From positions 512,001 through 576,000 of the forward strand of contig CAWJPJ010000008.1 in the NCBI GenBank assembly GCA_963844715.1: a stretch of 64,000 nucleotides of DNA, given 5' to 3'. Position 1 is the first letter of the stretch; the number at the start of each line of letters is the position of its first letter. A program made the translations under genes and the position numbers. Positions 9,829-21,567 of this stretch are shown here, piece after piece. This stretch comes from an uncultured Phycisphaerales bacterium (GTDB lineage: Bacteria; Planctomycetota; Phycisphaerae; Tepidisphaerales; Tepidisphaeraceae). The notes beneath the pieces were generated by a model. That model saw only the letters and a program-made list of their open reading frames with translations, ran no database searches and was not told the origin of the DNA.

Positions 9829-10092
9829 AGCCGGTAGAAAAGTTTCGACTTATGTTATCGGCCCCATCGCTGCAGGCGAAAAGTGAACCGTGTTACCTTA
9901 TCATTCGGCCAGCGAGTCGCCTGCATTAGACTAATTTTTCGGACGGAGCCTAGATTTAGCAGATTTTGCAATTTCGTCCATATCATCTGTTAGGAAAAAG
10001 ACAAAAGAACGGGCAATGATTCGCCGGCGAACGGATGTTATGCTTAAAATGGGGGCAGGTTGGTGCACCGGGGATTTTAGGAAGGAGCGGGG

Positions 10093-11151
10093 ATGAAACT
10101 ACACAAGGGTTGTCTTTTTGGATTGCTCCTTTCGCTTTTTGCGCCAGGACGGGCCGCCGCAATGGATTGGAAACAGCTCGGGGGGATCGAAGCGGGGGTA
10201 TTGAACAGCCCGGGCTGGGATTTGGCGGCGGATGTGCTGGACCGGTGGGCTTGGAGGCATTCGGGGCGGGAATTGGCGGCGCAGGAGCGGACGTGGGGGC
10301 TATTTTTGCCAGGGAAGATCGACGAAAAGCGGCCGCTGGTGATCTTGGTGCATGGATTGGATGGGGATCGGGGGTCGTGCGCGGATTTGTCGCGGTTGCT
10401 GGAGGCGGATGGATTTCAGACGGGGGTTTTCTGTTATGCGGGGGAGGCGCCGCTGGGTTGCAGCGCTGCAATACTGGCGGAGAATTGCCGGGCGCTGCAT
10501 GAAACGTTTCCGAAACTAACTATCGACTTTGTGACGCAAAGCATGGGGGGGCTGATTGTGCGGGATTATGTGGAGGGGGACGATTACCGCGGGGGGGTGG
10601 ATCGGCTGATCATGATCTGCCCGCCGAATGAGGGGTCGAAGTGGGCGGCGCTTTCGCCGATCAGCAAGCTGGCGGTAAACGAATGGCGGTGGCGGCATGA
10701 TCCGGGGTGGAGCGCGGTGTGGATGATCGGGGAGGGATTGTGCCAGGCGGGGAGGGATTTGGTTCCGGATTCGCGATTTTTGGGGGAGCTGAATGAGCGG
10801 GAGCGGTGCGCGGGGGTGAAGTATACGATCATTGCGGGGAATGAGCCGGTGGGGGATCGGGTGGCGGCGGATTTTTTGGAGGTGGTGGGGAATGCATTGC
10901 CGCTGGCATTGGATGGGGCGTGGCCGAGCAAACAGATTCATGCGTGGGCGACGGCGGGGGCGGAGGCGCTGCGATTCAAGATCGGGGCGAGCGACGGGCC
11001 GGTGAGTTTGCAGAGCGCGGGGCTGGCGGGTGTGGGGGACGTCGTGGTGGTACATGCGGATCATCTGGCGCTGTTTGAATCGGAGGGCGGCGGGGAGCCG
11101 GCGGCTTGGCCGGTGATTCGCCAGCGGCTGGAAGCGAGCGATGGGCACTGA
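10093..11151 (+). CDS. Secreted alpha/beta hydrolase (lipase/esterase-like)
   Basis: Signal peptide; LVHGL, QSMGG nucleophile elbow, PPNEGS, SDGPV, H. Confidence 0.8.
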   Translation: MKLHKGCLFGLLLSLFAPGRAAAMDWKQLGGIEAGVLNSPGWDLAADVLDRWAWRHSGRELAAQERTWGLFLPGKIDEKRPLVILVHGLDGDRGSCADLSRLLEADGFQTGVFCYAGEAPLGCSAAILAENCRALHETFPKLTIDFVTQSMGGLIVRDYVEGDDYRGGVDRLIMICPPNEGSKWAALSPISKLAVNEWRWRHDPGWSAVWMIGEGLCQAGRDLVPDSRFLGELNERERCAGVKYTIIAGNEPVGDRVAADFLEVVGNALPLALDGAWPSKQIHAWATAGAEALRFKIGASDGPVSLQSAGLAGVGDVVVVHADHLALFESEGGGEPAAWPVIRQRLEASDGH

Positions 11152-12033
11152 ATCGGATTTTTTGCAATGGATCGCGGGACAGTCGGCGGGCTCGCCGCTC
11201 GTGAAAGTCGGCGTGGGGGATGACCTGGCGGTGCTGAAATGGGCGGGGGACGATTTGCTTTTGGTGGGGGTGGACCAGGTGATGGATGGGGTGCATTTCG
11301 ATTCGAAGAAACATTCGCCGCGACAGATTGGGAGGAAGGTGGTGAATCGGAATTTTTCGGATTGCGCGGCGATGGGGTGTTTGCCGGCGGCGATCGTGGC
11401 GACGGTGGCGCTGCCGCGGGATTATTCGTGGGAGATGGCGAAGGAGTTTTATTTTGGGCTTGCGCGATGCGGCGGATGCTTTTTCTTGCCCGGTGGTGGG
11501 CGGAGATACCGGGGTTTGGGATGGGAAACTTGTCGCGACGGTGACGGTGCTGGGGAGAAGCGCGGGGGTGAAGCCGGTGACGCGCGGGGGAGCGAAGGCG
11601 GGGGATAAGATTTTTGTCACGGGGGCGCTGGGGGGGAGCATTCTTGGTCGGCATATGGATTTTGTTCCTCGAGTCGAGATGGGGAGGGAGATTGCGCCGC
11701 GGGCTTCGGCGATGATTGATATCAGCGATGGGTTGCTGCGGGATTTGGGGAATATTTGCCGGGCTAGCGACGTGGGGGCGATTGTGGAATCGGCGCGGGT
11801 GCCGATTCATTTGGATGCGGTGGAGTTGGCGAAGCGGGATGGGGTTTCGGCGGTGGAGCATGCTTTGCGCGATGGGGAGGATTATGAGCTTTTGTATTGC
11901 TGCGCGGAGGAGATTGGGGTGGGGAGCTGCGTGGGGAGGATCGTTAGCGAGGCGGGGATTTTTTTGGAGGATGAGAGGGGGAGAGGAGGGCGGCGGAAGT
12001 GCGGGGGTGGAACCCGGAGATTGGTAAGAGCTA
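11141..12033 (+). CDS. thiL: Thiamine-monophosphate kinase (frameshifts near 11460 and at the 3' end)
   Basis: GVGDDLA, NFSDCAAMG, GGDT, MIDISDGL, GEDYEL. Confidence 0.9.
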
Positions 12034-12117
12034 GGCTGGTGGACTCGAGAGGGGCGTGCGGTTGCGCGAAGGCGTTCTTGGGTGGCGATTGGCGTCTTGC
12101 GGCGCCGCGGCTTTCTG

Positions 12118-12447
12118 TCAAGGCTCACACGGCGGATCGAACAGGACGGCGGGTATGTCGCGGGCGCCGTGGAGGACGCGAATCACGTCGATGATGTCGT
12201 CGTGGGTCAGATAGAAGATGAAGTATTTGCGGAAGCCGGGGACTGAACACTTGCGCAGCGTGGCGAGTCTGGGGTGGTCGAGTTCATAGCGCGGCCAGCG
12301 AAGGGGATGGCTGCGGATCTGGCTGTATGTCATTTCAACGGCGTCGTAGAAACGCAGGGCTGCGTTGAGATTGTCCTGGGCGATGAAGAGGGCGGCATCG
12401 TCCACGTCGGCGTCAGCCGCGGGATAGATGCGGAGGCGATATTTCAT
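12118..12447 (-). CDS. parE: ParE/RelE family toxin
   Basis: ADADVDDAALFIAQDNLNAA...IFY...VIRVLHGARD. Confidence 0.88.
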   Translation of the reverse strand: MKYRLRIYPAADADVDDAALFIAQDNLNAALRFYDAVEMTYSQIRSHPLRWPRYELDHPRLATLRKCSVPGFRKYFIFYLTHDDIIDVIRVLHGARDIPAVLFDPPCEP

Positions 12448-12736
12448 GAGTTCTTGGCGGCGCCGCGGGGCTTGGCCAAGGCGGTTTTTTGGCGCGGAAG
12501 TGCCCTCGCTTGAAGGGGGCGGGGTTGCCGCTGGCGAGTCCATCGAGGAGTTTGGAGGTCAGGGCCTGTCTGGCTTGCTGCCTCTCCTGATCCTGCTGAT
12601 AGCGCTCGCGAAGGACTTCGCGGACGAATTCGCTGGCGGAGCCGTAGACGCCGGATGAGACTTTGCCGTCTACATACTGCTTGAGGGGATGGGGCAGGGA
12701 GACATTCATGGTGACTGTGGCGGGATCGGAGGGCAT
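12444..12736 (-). CDS. parD: ParD-like RHH antitoxin (C-terminal frameshift)
   Basis: TMNVSLP...VSSGVYGSASEFVREVLR...LLDGLASG; ATGA overlap with the toxin. Confidence 0.85.
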
Positions 12737-12756
12737 AAATCTATTTTATCCTATCG

Positions 12757-12780
12757 GCCAATTATTGGCAATATTTGGCA
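12757..12780. promoter_or_regulatory. Candidate ParD operator
   Basis: gccaa-tta-ttggc palindrome plus repeated ttggca, about 20 nt upstream of parD. Confidence 0.45.
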
Positions 12781-12814
12781 TAAAGTCCGGATTCCGAACA
12801 CCAAAGCTTTGGCA

Positions 12815-13243
12815 TTAGGAGGGATTTCCATCCAGGAATTCCTGAAGGAAGATGGCGGCGGCGTGGGCGTCCTGGCGGGATTTTTTTTGTTTTCTGGTGA
12901 GGTGTTCGCCGGCCTGGGAGCGGGAGCGGAGGTGCTGGTCGGCTTGGAAGCTGGTTAGGCGCTCGTCCACGTAAATTATGGGTTTGTTGGCGCGGGCGGC
13001 GAGGTCTTGGCCGAATTTTTTTGTGGATTGGGCGGCGGGGCCTGGGGAGCCGTCCATGTTTAGGGGGAGGCCTATTACGATTCTTTCTACTTGTTCCTGG
13101 GCGATTACTTTTAGGATTTTTTCTATGGCTTGGGCGGGGGTTTTGATTTGTAGGACGGAGTGGGGGGTGGCTAGTTTTGCGGCGGCGTCGCTTAGGGCGA
13201 GGCCGACTCGGCGGGTGCCGAGGTCGATCGCGAGAGTTCGCAT
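12815..13243 (-). CDS. ruvX: YqgF/RuvX pre-16S rRNA nuclease
   Basis: LAIDLGTRRVGLALSD, GLPLNMDG, VDERLTS, DAHAAAIFLQ. Confidence 0.93.
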   Translation of the reverse strand: MRTLAIDLGTRRVGLALSDAAAKLATPHSVLQIKTPAQAIEKILKVIAQEQVERIVIGLPLNMDGSPGPAAQSTKKFGQDLAARANKPIIYVDERLTSFQADQHLRSRSQAGEHLTRKQKKSRQDAHAAAIFLQEFLDGNPS

Positions 13244-13318
13244 TTTGTTATTTTATACGGATCATACTTCAATCGCGCGACGGGTTTGACGCTTTATTCC
13301 GGTACGAAAGGCAAAGAA

Positions 13319-13362
13319 CCCTCACCCGTCCTGCGGAAACTGGCGGAAGACAGGGCGAGGGA
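13319..13362 (+). repeat. CCCTCACCC-type hairpin carrying the core of the dispersed element
   Basis: ccctcacccgtcctgcggaaactggcggaagacagggcgaggg. Confidence 0.65.
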
Positions 13363-13400
13363 GAAAACGGGCGCACGAGCTTCGAGCGCGAACCGTTTCA

Positions 13401-14497
13401 TTACTGATATTTGTCTCCGAATTTTTCTTTTAGCTTGGTGACTAGTTCTTTGACCCGTTGCGCTTGTTCTTTGGGGCAGACGAGGGTTACGTCGCGGCAG
13501 TGGACTACGATCATGTCGCTTAGTCCTATGGTGGTGACGAGATGGTCGGGGTCGTCGCTGACGATGACGTTGTCGTCGGAGTCGAGGAAGAGGCCTTTGG
13601 GGCAGCTTACGGCGTTGTTGTGATCGTCGGTGTTGAGGGTTTCGGCTAGGGCGGGCCAGGAGCCTACGTCGAGCCAATCGACGGGCATTTCTACGACGAC
13701 GACGTGGGCGGGGCCTTTGGTGTCGTGGCTGGCGGGTTCCATGATGGCGTAGTCGATGCTGATTCTGGAAGGCGCGGGTAGACCTCGCGGAGAACGGCGT
13801 CCTGATTTGGCGTGCCCCAGGCGTTGGCGATCTGCTGAAGGCCGCGATAGGCGGCGGGGAGATGGGTCTGCAATTCGGAGAGGACGGTTTTGCAGCGCCA
13901 GACGAACATGCCGCTGTTCCAGTAGTAGCGGCCGGATTCGACGTAGCGGTCGGCCAGCGCCTTGTCGGGTTTTTCGTAGAAGCCCAGGACGCGATAGGCG
14001 CCGGGGACGTCGATGGCTTCGCCGCGGTGGATGTAGCCGAGGCCGGTGTGGCCGTGGGTGGGGACGATGCCGAAGGTGACCAGGGCGCTCGGGCGCTGGG
14101 CGACGACAGTGAAGGCGGTTTCGAGCGCTTTGTGGAATTTTTCGATGGGTTCGATGACGTGGTCGGCGGAGACGACGGCGCAGACGGCTTCGGGGTCATT
14201 TTTTGAGAGGATGGCGGCGGGGAAACCGACGGCGTTGGCGGTGTCGCGGCCCATGGGCTCGCCGAGGAGATTTTTTGGGGGAAGCTCGGGGAGATTTCGC
14301 AGGACAGCTTCGGCGTGGGCGGCGGCGGTGCAGACGTAAATCTGTTCGGCAGGGATCATGCCTCGGAGGCGTTCGTAGCTGAGTTGGAGGAGGCTTTTGC
14401 CGTCGACGATGGGGAGAAGCTGCTTGGGAACGGTGCTTCTGGAGAGAGGCCAGAGGCGAGTTCCGGACCCGCCCGCCATGATCACGCCGTATCGCAT
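13401..14497 (-). CDS. manC: Mannose-1-phosphate guanylyltransferase (frameshift near 13765)
   Basis: MAGGSGTRLWPLSR...PKQ, EPMGRDTA, FYEKP, WNSGMF, WLDVGSW. Confidence 0.92.
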
Positions 14498-14580
14498 AAA
14501 TTCTGACTGGGATTATAGCAGGAAGAGGGGAAGGAAACGATGAAGGATGAACGATGAATTATGAAGTGAAGACAGCGCTC

Positions 14581-15741
14581 TTATTTAAGCGGGGACAAGA
14601 GTGGGAGGGTGGGGAACCAGAATTTGGCGGAGTTGAAATCGACTCGGTCGTCTACGTCGACGGGGGTGAGGGATTTTCCTTTTAGGGGGCCGGCGATGGC
14701 GTGGCCGTCGGCGGTCCAGAAGCTGCGGCTGTCCATGTCGATCATGATGGCGGGGGCGTGTTTGTGGGCGCGGTCGGGGATGAATTGGGGGAATAGATCT
14801 TCGTCAACCTGGCGGAGGAAGACGCGGGCGGAGCCGGTGGCGGGATCGCGCAGGATGAGGAGGGGCGGGTCGGAGAAATTTTTGGGAGCGGCGCCGATTT
14901 GATCGTCGGGGACGGCGGAGGTTTGTGTGGTGCAAATGAGAGCTACGGGCGTGTTTTTGGGGAAAACGGCGTCGGGGGTGGGATAGGCGGTGAGGAGGGG
15001 GCGGGTGGGGGCACCCGCGACGTCGGCGTCGGGAGGATAGAGGACTCGGGTTTGGGGATGATCGAGGGCGCATCGCTTCCAGGTGGTTTTGACGGTGGGG
15101 ATGGATTGGCCGAATCCGGCGGGTTTTTCGCCGCGCGGGGTGAGGCCGGTCATGCCGCTGATGAACTGGCCGAGGCGTGTGTTGTAGATCAGCAGCGTGT
15201 TGGCGGGGATGGAGACGATCTGAAGATCGCGGGGCTTGATGGAGCGATCGATGCGGATGGCCAGGGCGCGGTTGGCGAAGGCGGACCAGATGAGGACGAG
15301 GGGTTTATCCTGCTGGGTTTGAATGACGAGGGGGCGGGAGTAAAGGAAGCGGTATGGGTAGGCGATGGGGCCGTCGGAGTCGATTAGGCCTACGACCCAA
15401 TCGTCGTCGGCGGTGAAGTTATCGGCGGAGACGAAGACGGGGTCGGTGTTGACGCGAAAAGTCTGGGCCGAGTCGGGGGAGAAATGGTGAGCGAGTAGGG
15501 CCAGGACGGGGGCGAGGCCGAGGAGCCACCATGATCGAGTTCTTCCAGCGACGACGAGAGCGATGAGGATTAGGCAGAGGATGATGGAGACAGCGACGAG
15601 GGGCCATTCAAGGCGGCGGGTGAGGAGAATGAGCTGGAGGCCGAAATGGAACTGGCACCAGCCGGGGTGAACGCCGAAGGCGACGATTAAAACGGCAATT
15701 ACGGCGGGGATCAGAAGGGCCAGAGGCAAAAACACTTGCAC
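14581..15741 (-). CDS. Membrane-anchored DUF3179-like protein
   Basis: N-terminal TM helices; DDDWVVGL...AYP, TTWK...HPQTRV, GHAIAGPLKGKSL, WF motifs. Confidence 0.6.
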   Translation of the reverse strand: MQVFLPLALLIPAVIAVLIVAFGVHPGWCQFHFGLQLILLTRRLEWPLVAVSIILCLILIALVVAGRTRSWWLLGLAPVLALLAHHFSPDSAQTFRVNTDPVFVSADNFTADDDWVVGLIDSDGPIAYPYRFLYSRPLVIQTQQDKPLVLIWSAFANRALAIRIDRSIKPRDLQIVSIPANTLLIYNTRLGQFISGMTGLTPRGEKPAGFGQSIPTVKTTWKRCALDHPQTRVLYPPDADVAGAPTRPLLTAYPTPDAVFPKNTPVALICTTQTSAVPDDQIGAAPKNFSDPPLLILRDPATGSARVFLRQVDEDLFPQFIPDRAHKHAPAIMIDMDSRSFWTADGHAIAGPLKGKSLTPVDVDDRVDFNSAKFWFPTLPLLSPLK

Positions 15742-15758
15742 AACGGTACACTTTCGGC

Positions 15759-16712
15759 ATGAGTCGGCAAGACGCATTGGTGATCATGACGGAAGGTTCT
15801 GACGCGCGTCCGAAGGAGTGGCTGCGCGAGCGGGTGAGGCTGGTGGAGATGCCGGCGACCGATCCGCAATTTATTTCGCAATTAGCGGAAGCGCAGGGAT
15901 TGCTCGTGCGGACGTATACAAAGGTGAATGGGGCGCTATTGGATAAAGCGCCGAAGTTGAGAGTGGTGGGGCGGGGCGGGGTAGGGCTGGAGAATATTGA
16001 CGTGAAGGAGTGCCGGCGGCGGGGGATTGAGGTGGTGTATACGCCGGATGCGAATACCTGGGCGGTGGGGGATTTTATTTTTGGGTATATCCTTCAGCTT
16101 TTGAGGCCTTGGGAATTTTTTCGGGACAAGGCGTACGAGCCGAAGGAATTCAAACGGATTCGGGACACGGGTCGGGGGAGGCAGCTGAATGAATTGACGA
16201 TCGGGATATTGGGGATGGGGCGCGTGGGGCGGCGCGTGGGGCATATCGCGGCCAATGGGTTTGGGATGCGGGTGATTTACAACGACGTTCAGGATGTGGG
16301 CGGGCTGGTTAAATTTCCGGCGGAGGCGGTGGAGAAGGATCGGCTTTATCGCGAGGCGGACATTTTGACGATACATGTGGACATGCGCGAGGGGAACGAG
16401 AATTTGGTGGGGGCGGCGCAGATTGGGATGATGAAGCCGACGGCGATATTGCTGAATACAAGCCGGGGGGAAGTTTTGGACGCGGGGGCTTTGGCGAGCG
16501 CGATTCGGGAGAAGAGGTTGTTTGGGGCGGCATTGGATGTGTATTGGCCGGAGCCTCCGAAGGGGGATTTTCCGCTGTTGGGATTGGAGCGGGTGCTGCT
16601 GACGCCGCATCTGGCGGCGCGGACGACGACGGCGATGGAAAATATGAGCTGGGTGGTTCGGGATATTGTGGAAGTGCTGGAAGGGAGAAAGCCGAAGTAT
16701 CCGGCTCCGTGA
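15759..16712 (+). CDS. D-isomer-specific 2-hydroxyacid dehydrogenase (SerA-like)
   Basis: RGGVGLENID, GILGMGRVG, NTSRG, ALDV, TPHLAA. Confidence 0.9.
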   Translation: MSRQDALVIMTEGSDARPKEWLRERVRLVEMPATDPQFISQLAEAQGLLVRTYTKVNGALLDKAPKLRVVGRGGVGLENIDVKECRRRGIEVVYTPDANTWAVGDFIFGYILQLLRPWEFFRDKAYEPKEFKRIRDTGRGRQLNELTIGILGMGRVGRRVGHIAANGFGMRVIYNDVQDVGGLVKFPAEAVEKDRLYREADILTIHVDMREGNENLVGAAQIGMMKPTAILLNTSRGEVLDAGALASAIREKRLFGAALDVYWPEPPKGDFPLLGLERVLLTPHLAARTTTAMENMSWVVRDIVEVLEGRKPKYPAP

Positions 16713-16727
16713 AGGAGAGGGAGTAGG

Positions 16728-18495
16728 GTGGGATTTCTGGAAAATCTGGAAGCGCGGGGAGAGAGCGTGGAGTCGCTGACTGCGGCGAGGGAGGCGCGGC
16801 GCGCGCTGGCGGAATATTGGCTGGAACTTTCGGATGGGGAGGCGGAGCGAGAGTTTTCGGGGGAGATGGGGCGGATTCATTTGCAAATGGCGGTCGCGGG
16901 GGTGCGGGCCGGGATGGTGAGCGGCGCGGATGAGCGCGGCGCGAAAAGGTTTTGGAAGCGGCGGGGGATATGCCGAGCGCGGGGGCGATGTTGGCGGCGA
17001 TGCTGATGTTTTTTCCGCATCAGCTTCCTCGGTTGTGGGAGGTGGAGCGGACGCCGGAATGGCTTACGAGCGCCTATCTGGGGTTTAGCTTGTATCTGCC
17101 TCGGGTTTATCGACAGCGCGATGATCCGGACAGGGCGGTGGATTATTTGCGGGGGCATTTGCGGCGGCTGAGGGAAATTGTGTCGAGCGATGCGCCGGCC
17201 GCGCTGCGCGGGAAGATTCTGGATGCGGCGGCGGGGATGAAGGTGACGCCGGCGTATTTTTCGCGGCGGAATTTGCGCGAGGTGATGCGCGATCGGGCGT
17301 GGCTGCTGGAGGCTTGGCTGACGGCGAGGGGGCACCGGCTGGATCATTCGTTTTCGCGGCGCGTCGGGGGGAGCGGATTCGGGTGGGTGTGGTTGCGCTG
17401 GGGGTTGGGGCGGAGACGGAGACTTTCGCGGCGCTGCCGCTGTATCGGTATCTGGATCGCGGAAAATTTGAAGTGATTTTGATCGTGTGCAAATGGGGAG
17501 AGAGTGAGATGGATCGGTTTTGCCGGGGGCTGGCGGATCGGACGGTGCTGCTCGGCGGGGATTTAGCGGGTCAAGTCGCGGCGATTCGCGCGCTGGATCT
17601 GGATGTGGCGCTGGTCACGACGAACCTCACCGCTGCGACGAATCAGATCGCGATCCTGGCGGCGCATCGGCTGGGGCGGGTGCAGATCGCGGCGGTCAAT
17701 TCGTGTGTGACGACGGGGTTTCGAAATATCGACGCGCATCTTTCGGGGACGCTGGTTGAAGGGGCGAATGCGGCGGAGGATTACACGGAGAAGCTGATTC
17801 AACTCAAGGGGGCGGGGCATTGTTACGATTTTGGAACGGAGCGATTGGGGCCGCCGGAGGAGCGGGTTGGGCGCCGGGAATTTGGCGTTGGGGAAGAGGA
17901 AGTGGTTTTCGTTTCGGGGGCCAACGCGTACAAGATCGTTCCGGAACTGGAAGAGGCGTGGGCGAAGATTTTGGCGCGGACGCCTGGGTCGCGGCTGGTG
18001 CTGCATCCGGATAACCCGAATTGGATGGCGAAATTTCCGTTTGCCGCATGGATCGAGCGAATGAACGCGACGCTGGCGGCGCATGGCGCGGGGGCGGATC
18101 GGGTGGCGCTGCTCGAACGGGCGCCCGGTCGGCAGGAAGTGCTGCGGCGGATGATGGCGGGGGATGTGTATCTGGATTCGTTTCCGTTTTCGGGAGCGAC
18201 GACGATTTTGGACGGACTGGTTTGCGGGCTTGTGCCGGTGACGATGGAGGGAGGGAATTTCAGATCGAAATTGGGGGAAGGGATGATGAGGGAGTTAGGT
18301 GTGCCGGAGTGCATTGCCAGGGATGCTGGGGAGTATGTGGAGATGGCGGTCCGGTTGGGGATGGAGGGTGGGTTTCGGGAGGCGATCAAAAAGAAAATAT
18401 CGGGGGCTTTGAAGGGTGGGCCGCAGTTTTTGGATGGGAGGAGTTATGGGCTCGGGGTTGGGGAAGCGCTCTTGGAAATGACGAATGATAAGTGA
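16728..18495 (+). CDS. SPINDLY/OGT-like (GT41) glycosyltransferase without TPRs (frameshifts near 16950 and 17380)
   Basis: IRALDLDV, RLGRVQ, TTGFRNID, YTEKL, KIVPE, DVYLDSFPFSGATT. Confidence 0.75.
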
Positions 18496-18868
18496 ACGCT
18501 CCACCCCCATAGGGGGTGGCTTCAGGTAGCCCCGTCGAAGGGGGCGTGGGGGTTTTCGAGGTTCGAATTTTTGTTGGCGTCTCGCGCATCTGTCCCCTCG
18601 CCCCGGTACTCCGGGGAGAGGGTTAGGGTGAGGGGCGGCACTCGACAACCGAAAAACGCCCCTCACCCTAACCCTCTCCCCGTGAGTACACAGGGAGAGG
18701 GGATAAATTTCTCGAACTGCAGAGCCACACAGGGTCGCACGGCCATAGGCCGTGGTTTCATGTAGTAATGACGAATGACGAATCAAATTCCAATGTCCAA
18801 ATGATCGAAGCGCCATTCGGTCATTCGAACATTGATTCGTCATTCGTCATTTATCATTCGTCATTTCC
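18474..18868. repeat. Nested cluster of three palindromic repeat families
   Basis: Outer 22-nt inverted arms (21/22 identical); two ATA-loop hairpins at 18501 and 18738; inner CCCTCACCC pair at 18594-18703. Confidence 0.85.
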
Positions 18869-19404
18869 GAGACTACGTTTCGCATCTTTTCGTATTCGCT
18901 GTCGATTAGGGCGGGGATCGCGGCGCCGACGTTAACGGCTTTCTCGAGGGGGACCCAGCTTTTGCAGCCGGCGTAGGCGGGGGTGTTTTGGATTGTGATG
19001 GGGGTGGGGAGTTTGTAGGCGCGGACGAGGAGCAGATAGAGGGGGTTTTCTGGGCGGTAGTTGAAGCGCATGTCGATTAGGGCGGGGGTCCAGATGTGAT
19101 GGGCGTCCAGGGCGTCCATGACGGCGCGGGAATGCATGGGGATGATGTCTGTGATTTGGACGGCGGCGGTTAGGTTGATTTGGTCGGGCTCGGCGGTGAG
19201 TTTTTGCAGGTTCACGCCGGGTTTTAGCATTGGGGGGTTTTGATGGACATAGGTCGGGAAGAGGAGAAATTCGGGGTGTTCGATTTCGAATTCGCCGGCG
19301 GATTCGTGGATGCCGCCTTTTCGGAGGAGGAGGATTTGGCGGCCGGAGGCGAGGGCGTCGCAGACGGTTTGCCATTCTTTCAGGGCGACTTGGAGTTGCG
19401 CAGG
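18847..19404 (-). CDS. DUF1802 family protein (frameshift near 19235; start codon not visible)
   Basis: ALKEWQTVCDALASGRQILLLRKGGIHE...FLLFPTY...YAGCKSWV. Confidence 0.85.
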   Translation of the reverse strand, partial: PAQLQVALKEWQTVCDALASGRQILLLRKGGIHESAGEFEIEHPEFLLFPTYVHQNPPMLKPGVNLQKLTAEPDQINLTAAVQITDIIPMHSRAVMDALDAHHIWTPALIDMRFNYRPENPLYLLLVRAYKLPTPITIQNTPAYAGCKSWVPLEKAVNVGAAIPALIDSEYEKMRNVVSEMTNDK

Positions 19405-20515
<1,111 letters not shown>

Positions 20516-20516
<1 letters not shown>

Positions 20517-20767
20517 TAAACGGCCGCTTGCTCGGCGCGGATGTGGACTTTTCGGCCTTGGAACTCGACTTTGCCATCTTTGAGGGCGAAGAGGGTGTCG
20601 TCGCTGCCGATGCCTACGTTGAAGCCTGGGTGGAACTTGGTTCCGCGCTGGCGGATGATGATGGAGCCTGCGGTGATGAATTGTCCGCCGTAGGCTTTTA
20701 CGCCTCGGTATTGGGGGTTGCTGTCGCGTCCGTTCTTGGTGGAGCCTTGTCCTTTTTTATGTGCCAT
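20516..20767 (-). CDS. rpmA: 50S ribosomal protein L27
   Basis: [16 protein letters not shown]...[12 protein letters not shown]. Confidence 0.97.
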
Positions 20768-20786
20768 GAGTCACCTTTTTATCGCA

Positions 20787-21410
20787 TCACGTATTGGGAA
20801 TCCTGCAGAACGAGGCGCCGTCGCCTTCGTGAAGGGCGTCGGCATCGAGATGGAACGTCTGCTGTAAAGTTTTGTGGAGGATGACGGTTTGGTCGCCGAG
20901 TTTGACGGTGGCGGAATCACCCCAGAAGCCTGCGGCGAAGATGGTGAAGGTTCCCATTCGCGGGTCGGGCTCGGGCCAGATGGCGACGCCGTCCTTGGCC
21001 TGGTCCTCGCCCTGATGAATGGGTCCCGCGACGTCGAGGGCCGATTGAAGGAACTTGATGTGTTCCTTGTCCTGAACGGCGGCGAAGACGGCGGGTTTGA
21101 CATCAATGCTGTCGCTGGCGATGAGCTGGCCGTCCTGGGTGAGCATTTGAAAGCTGGGGTAGAAGAGAATCTTGTCCTGATCGGAGTTATTCACGACGTG
21201 ATAGGTGATATACCAGTAGGCGCGCGGGGCGGAGTCGCCGGGGGTTTGGACGAGGATTCTGCGGGGCTTTGCGAAATCGACGGTGAGTTCCCAGGAAGTG
21301 GGGGCGGTGGAGGGGGTCGGGAAGTCGGCGCGGACGCTGGGTGCGGATAGCCCGAGCGCAAGCAGGATCGCTGCGCCGACTAGCGGCAGAAATAGCGTAG
21401 AGCGCGTCAT
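20787..21410 (-). CDS. Secreted hypothetical protein
   Basis: Signal peptide ending VRA; beta-rich body; C-terminus possibly frameshifted. Confidence 0.7.
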   Translation of the reverse strand: MTRSTLFLPLVGAAILLALGLSAPSVRADFPTPSTAPTSWELTVDFAKPRRILVQTPGDSAPRAYWYITYHVVNNSDQDKILFYPSFQMLTQDGQLIASDSIDVKPAVFAAVQDKEHIKFLQSALDVAGPIHQGEDQAKDGVAIWPEPDPRMGTFTIFAAGFWGDSATVKLGDQTVILHKTLQQTFHLDADALHEGDGASFCRIPNT

Positions 21411-21567
21411 TCCGGGTCTCCGCAGGATAGAAACGGGTTGAAAAAGCCGCCGGCGGATAGCTATCCACCGGCTTTAGGTTATTCTTATCGCCGGTGGCGA
21501 GGTTGTCAAATACGCAATCAGATGAGGGGGACGGCCTGGAAAATGGGCCTTCGCGGCCGCGTATCGA

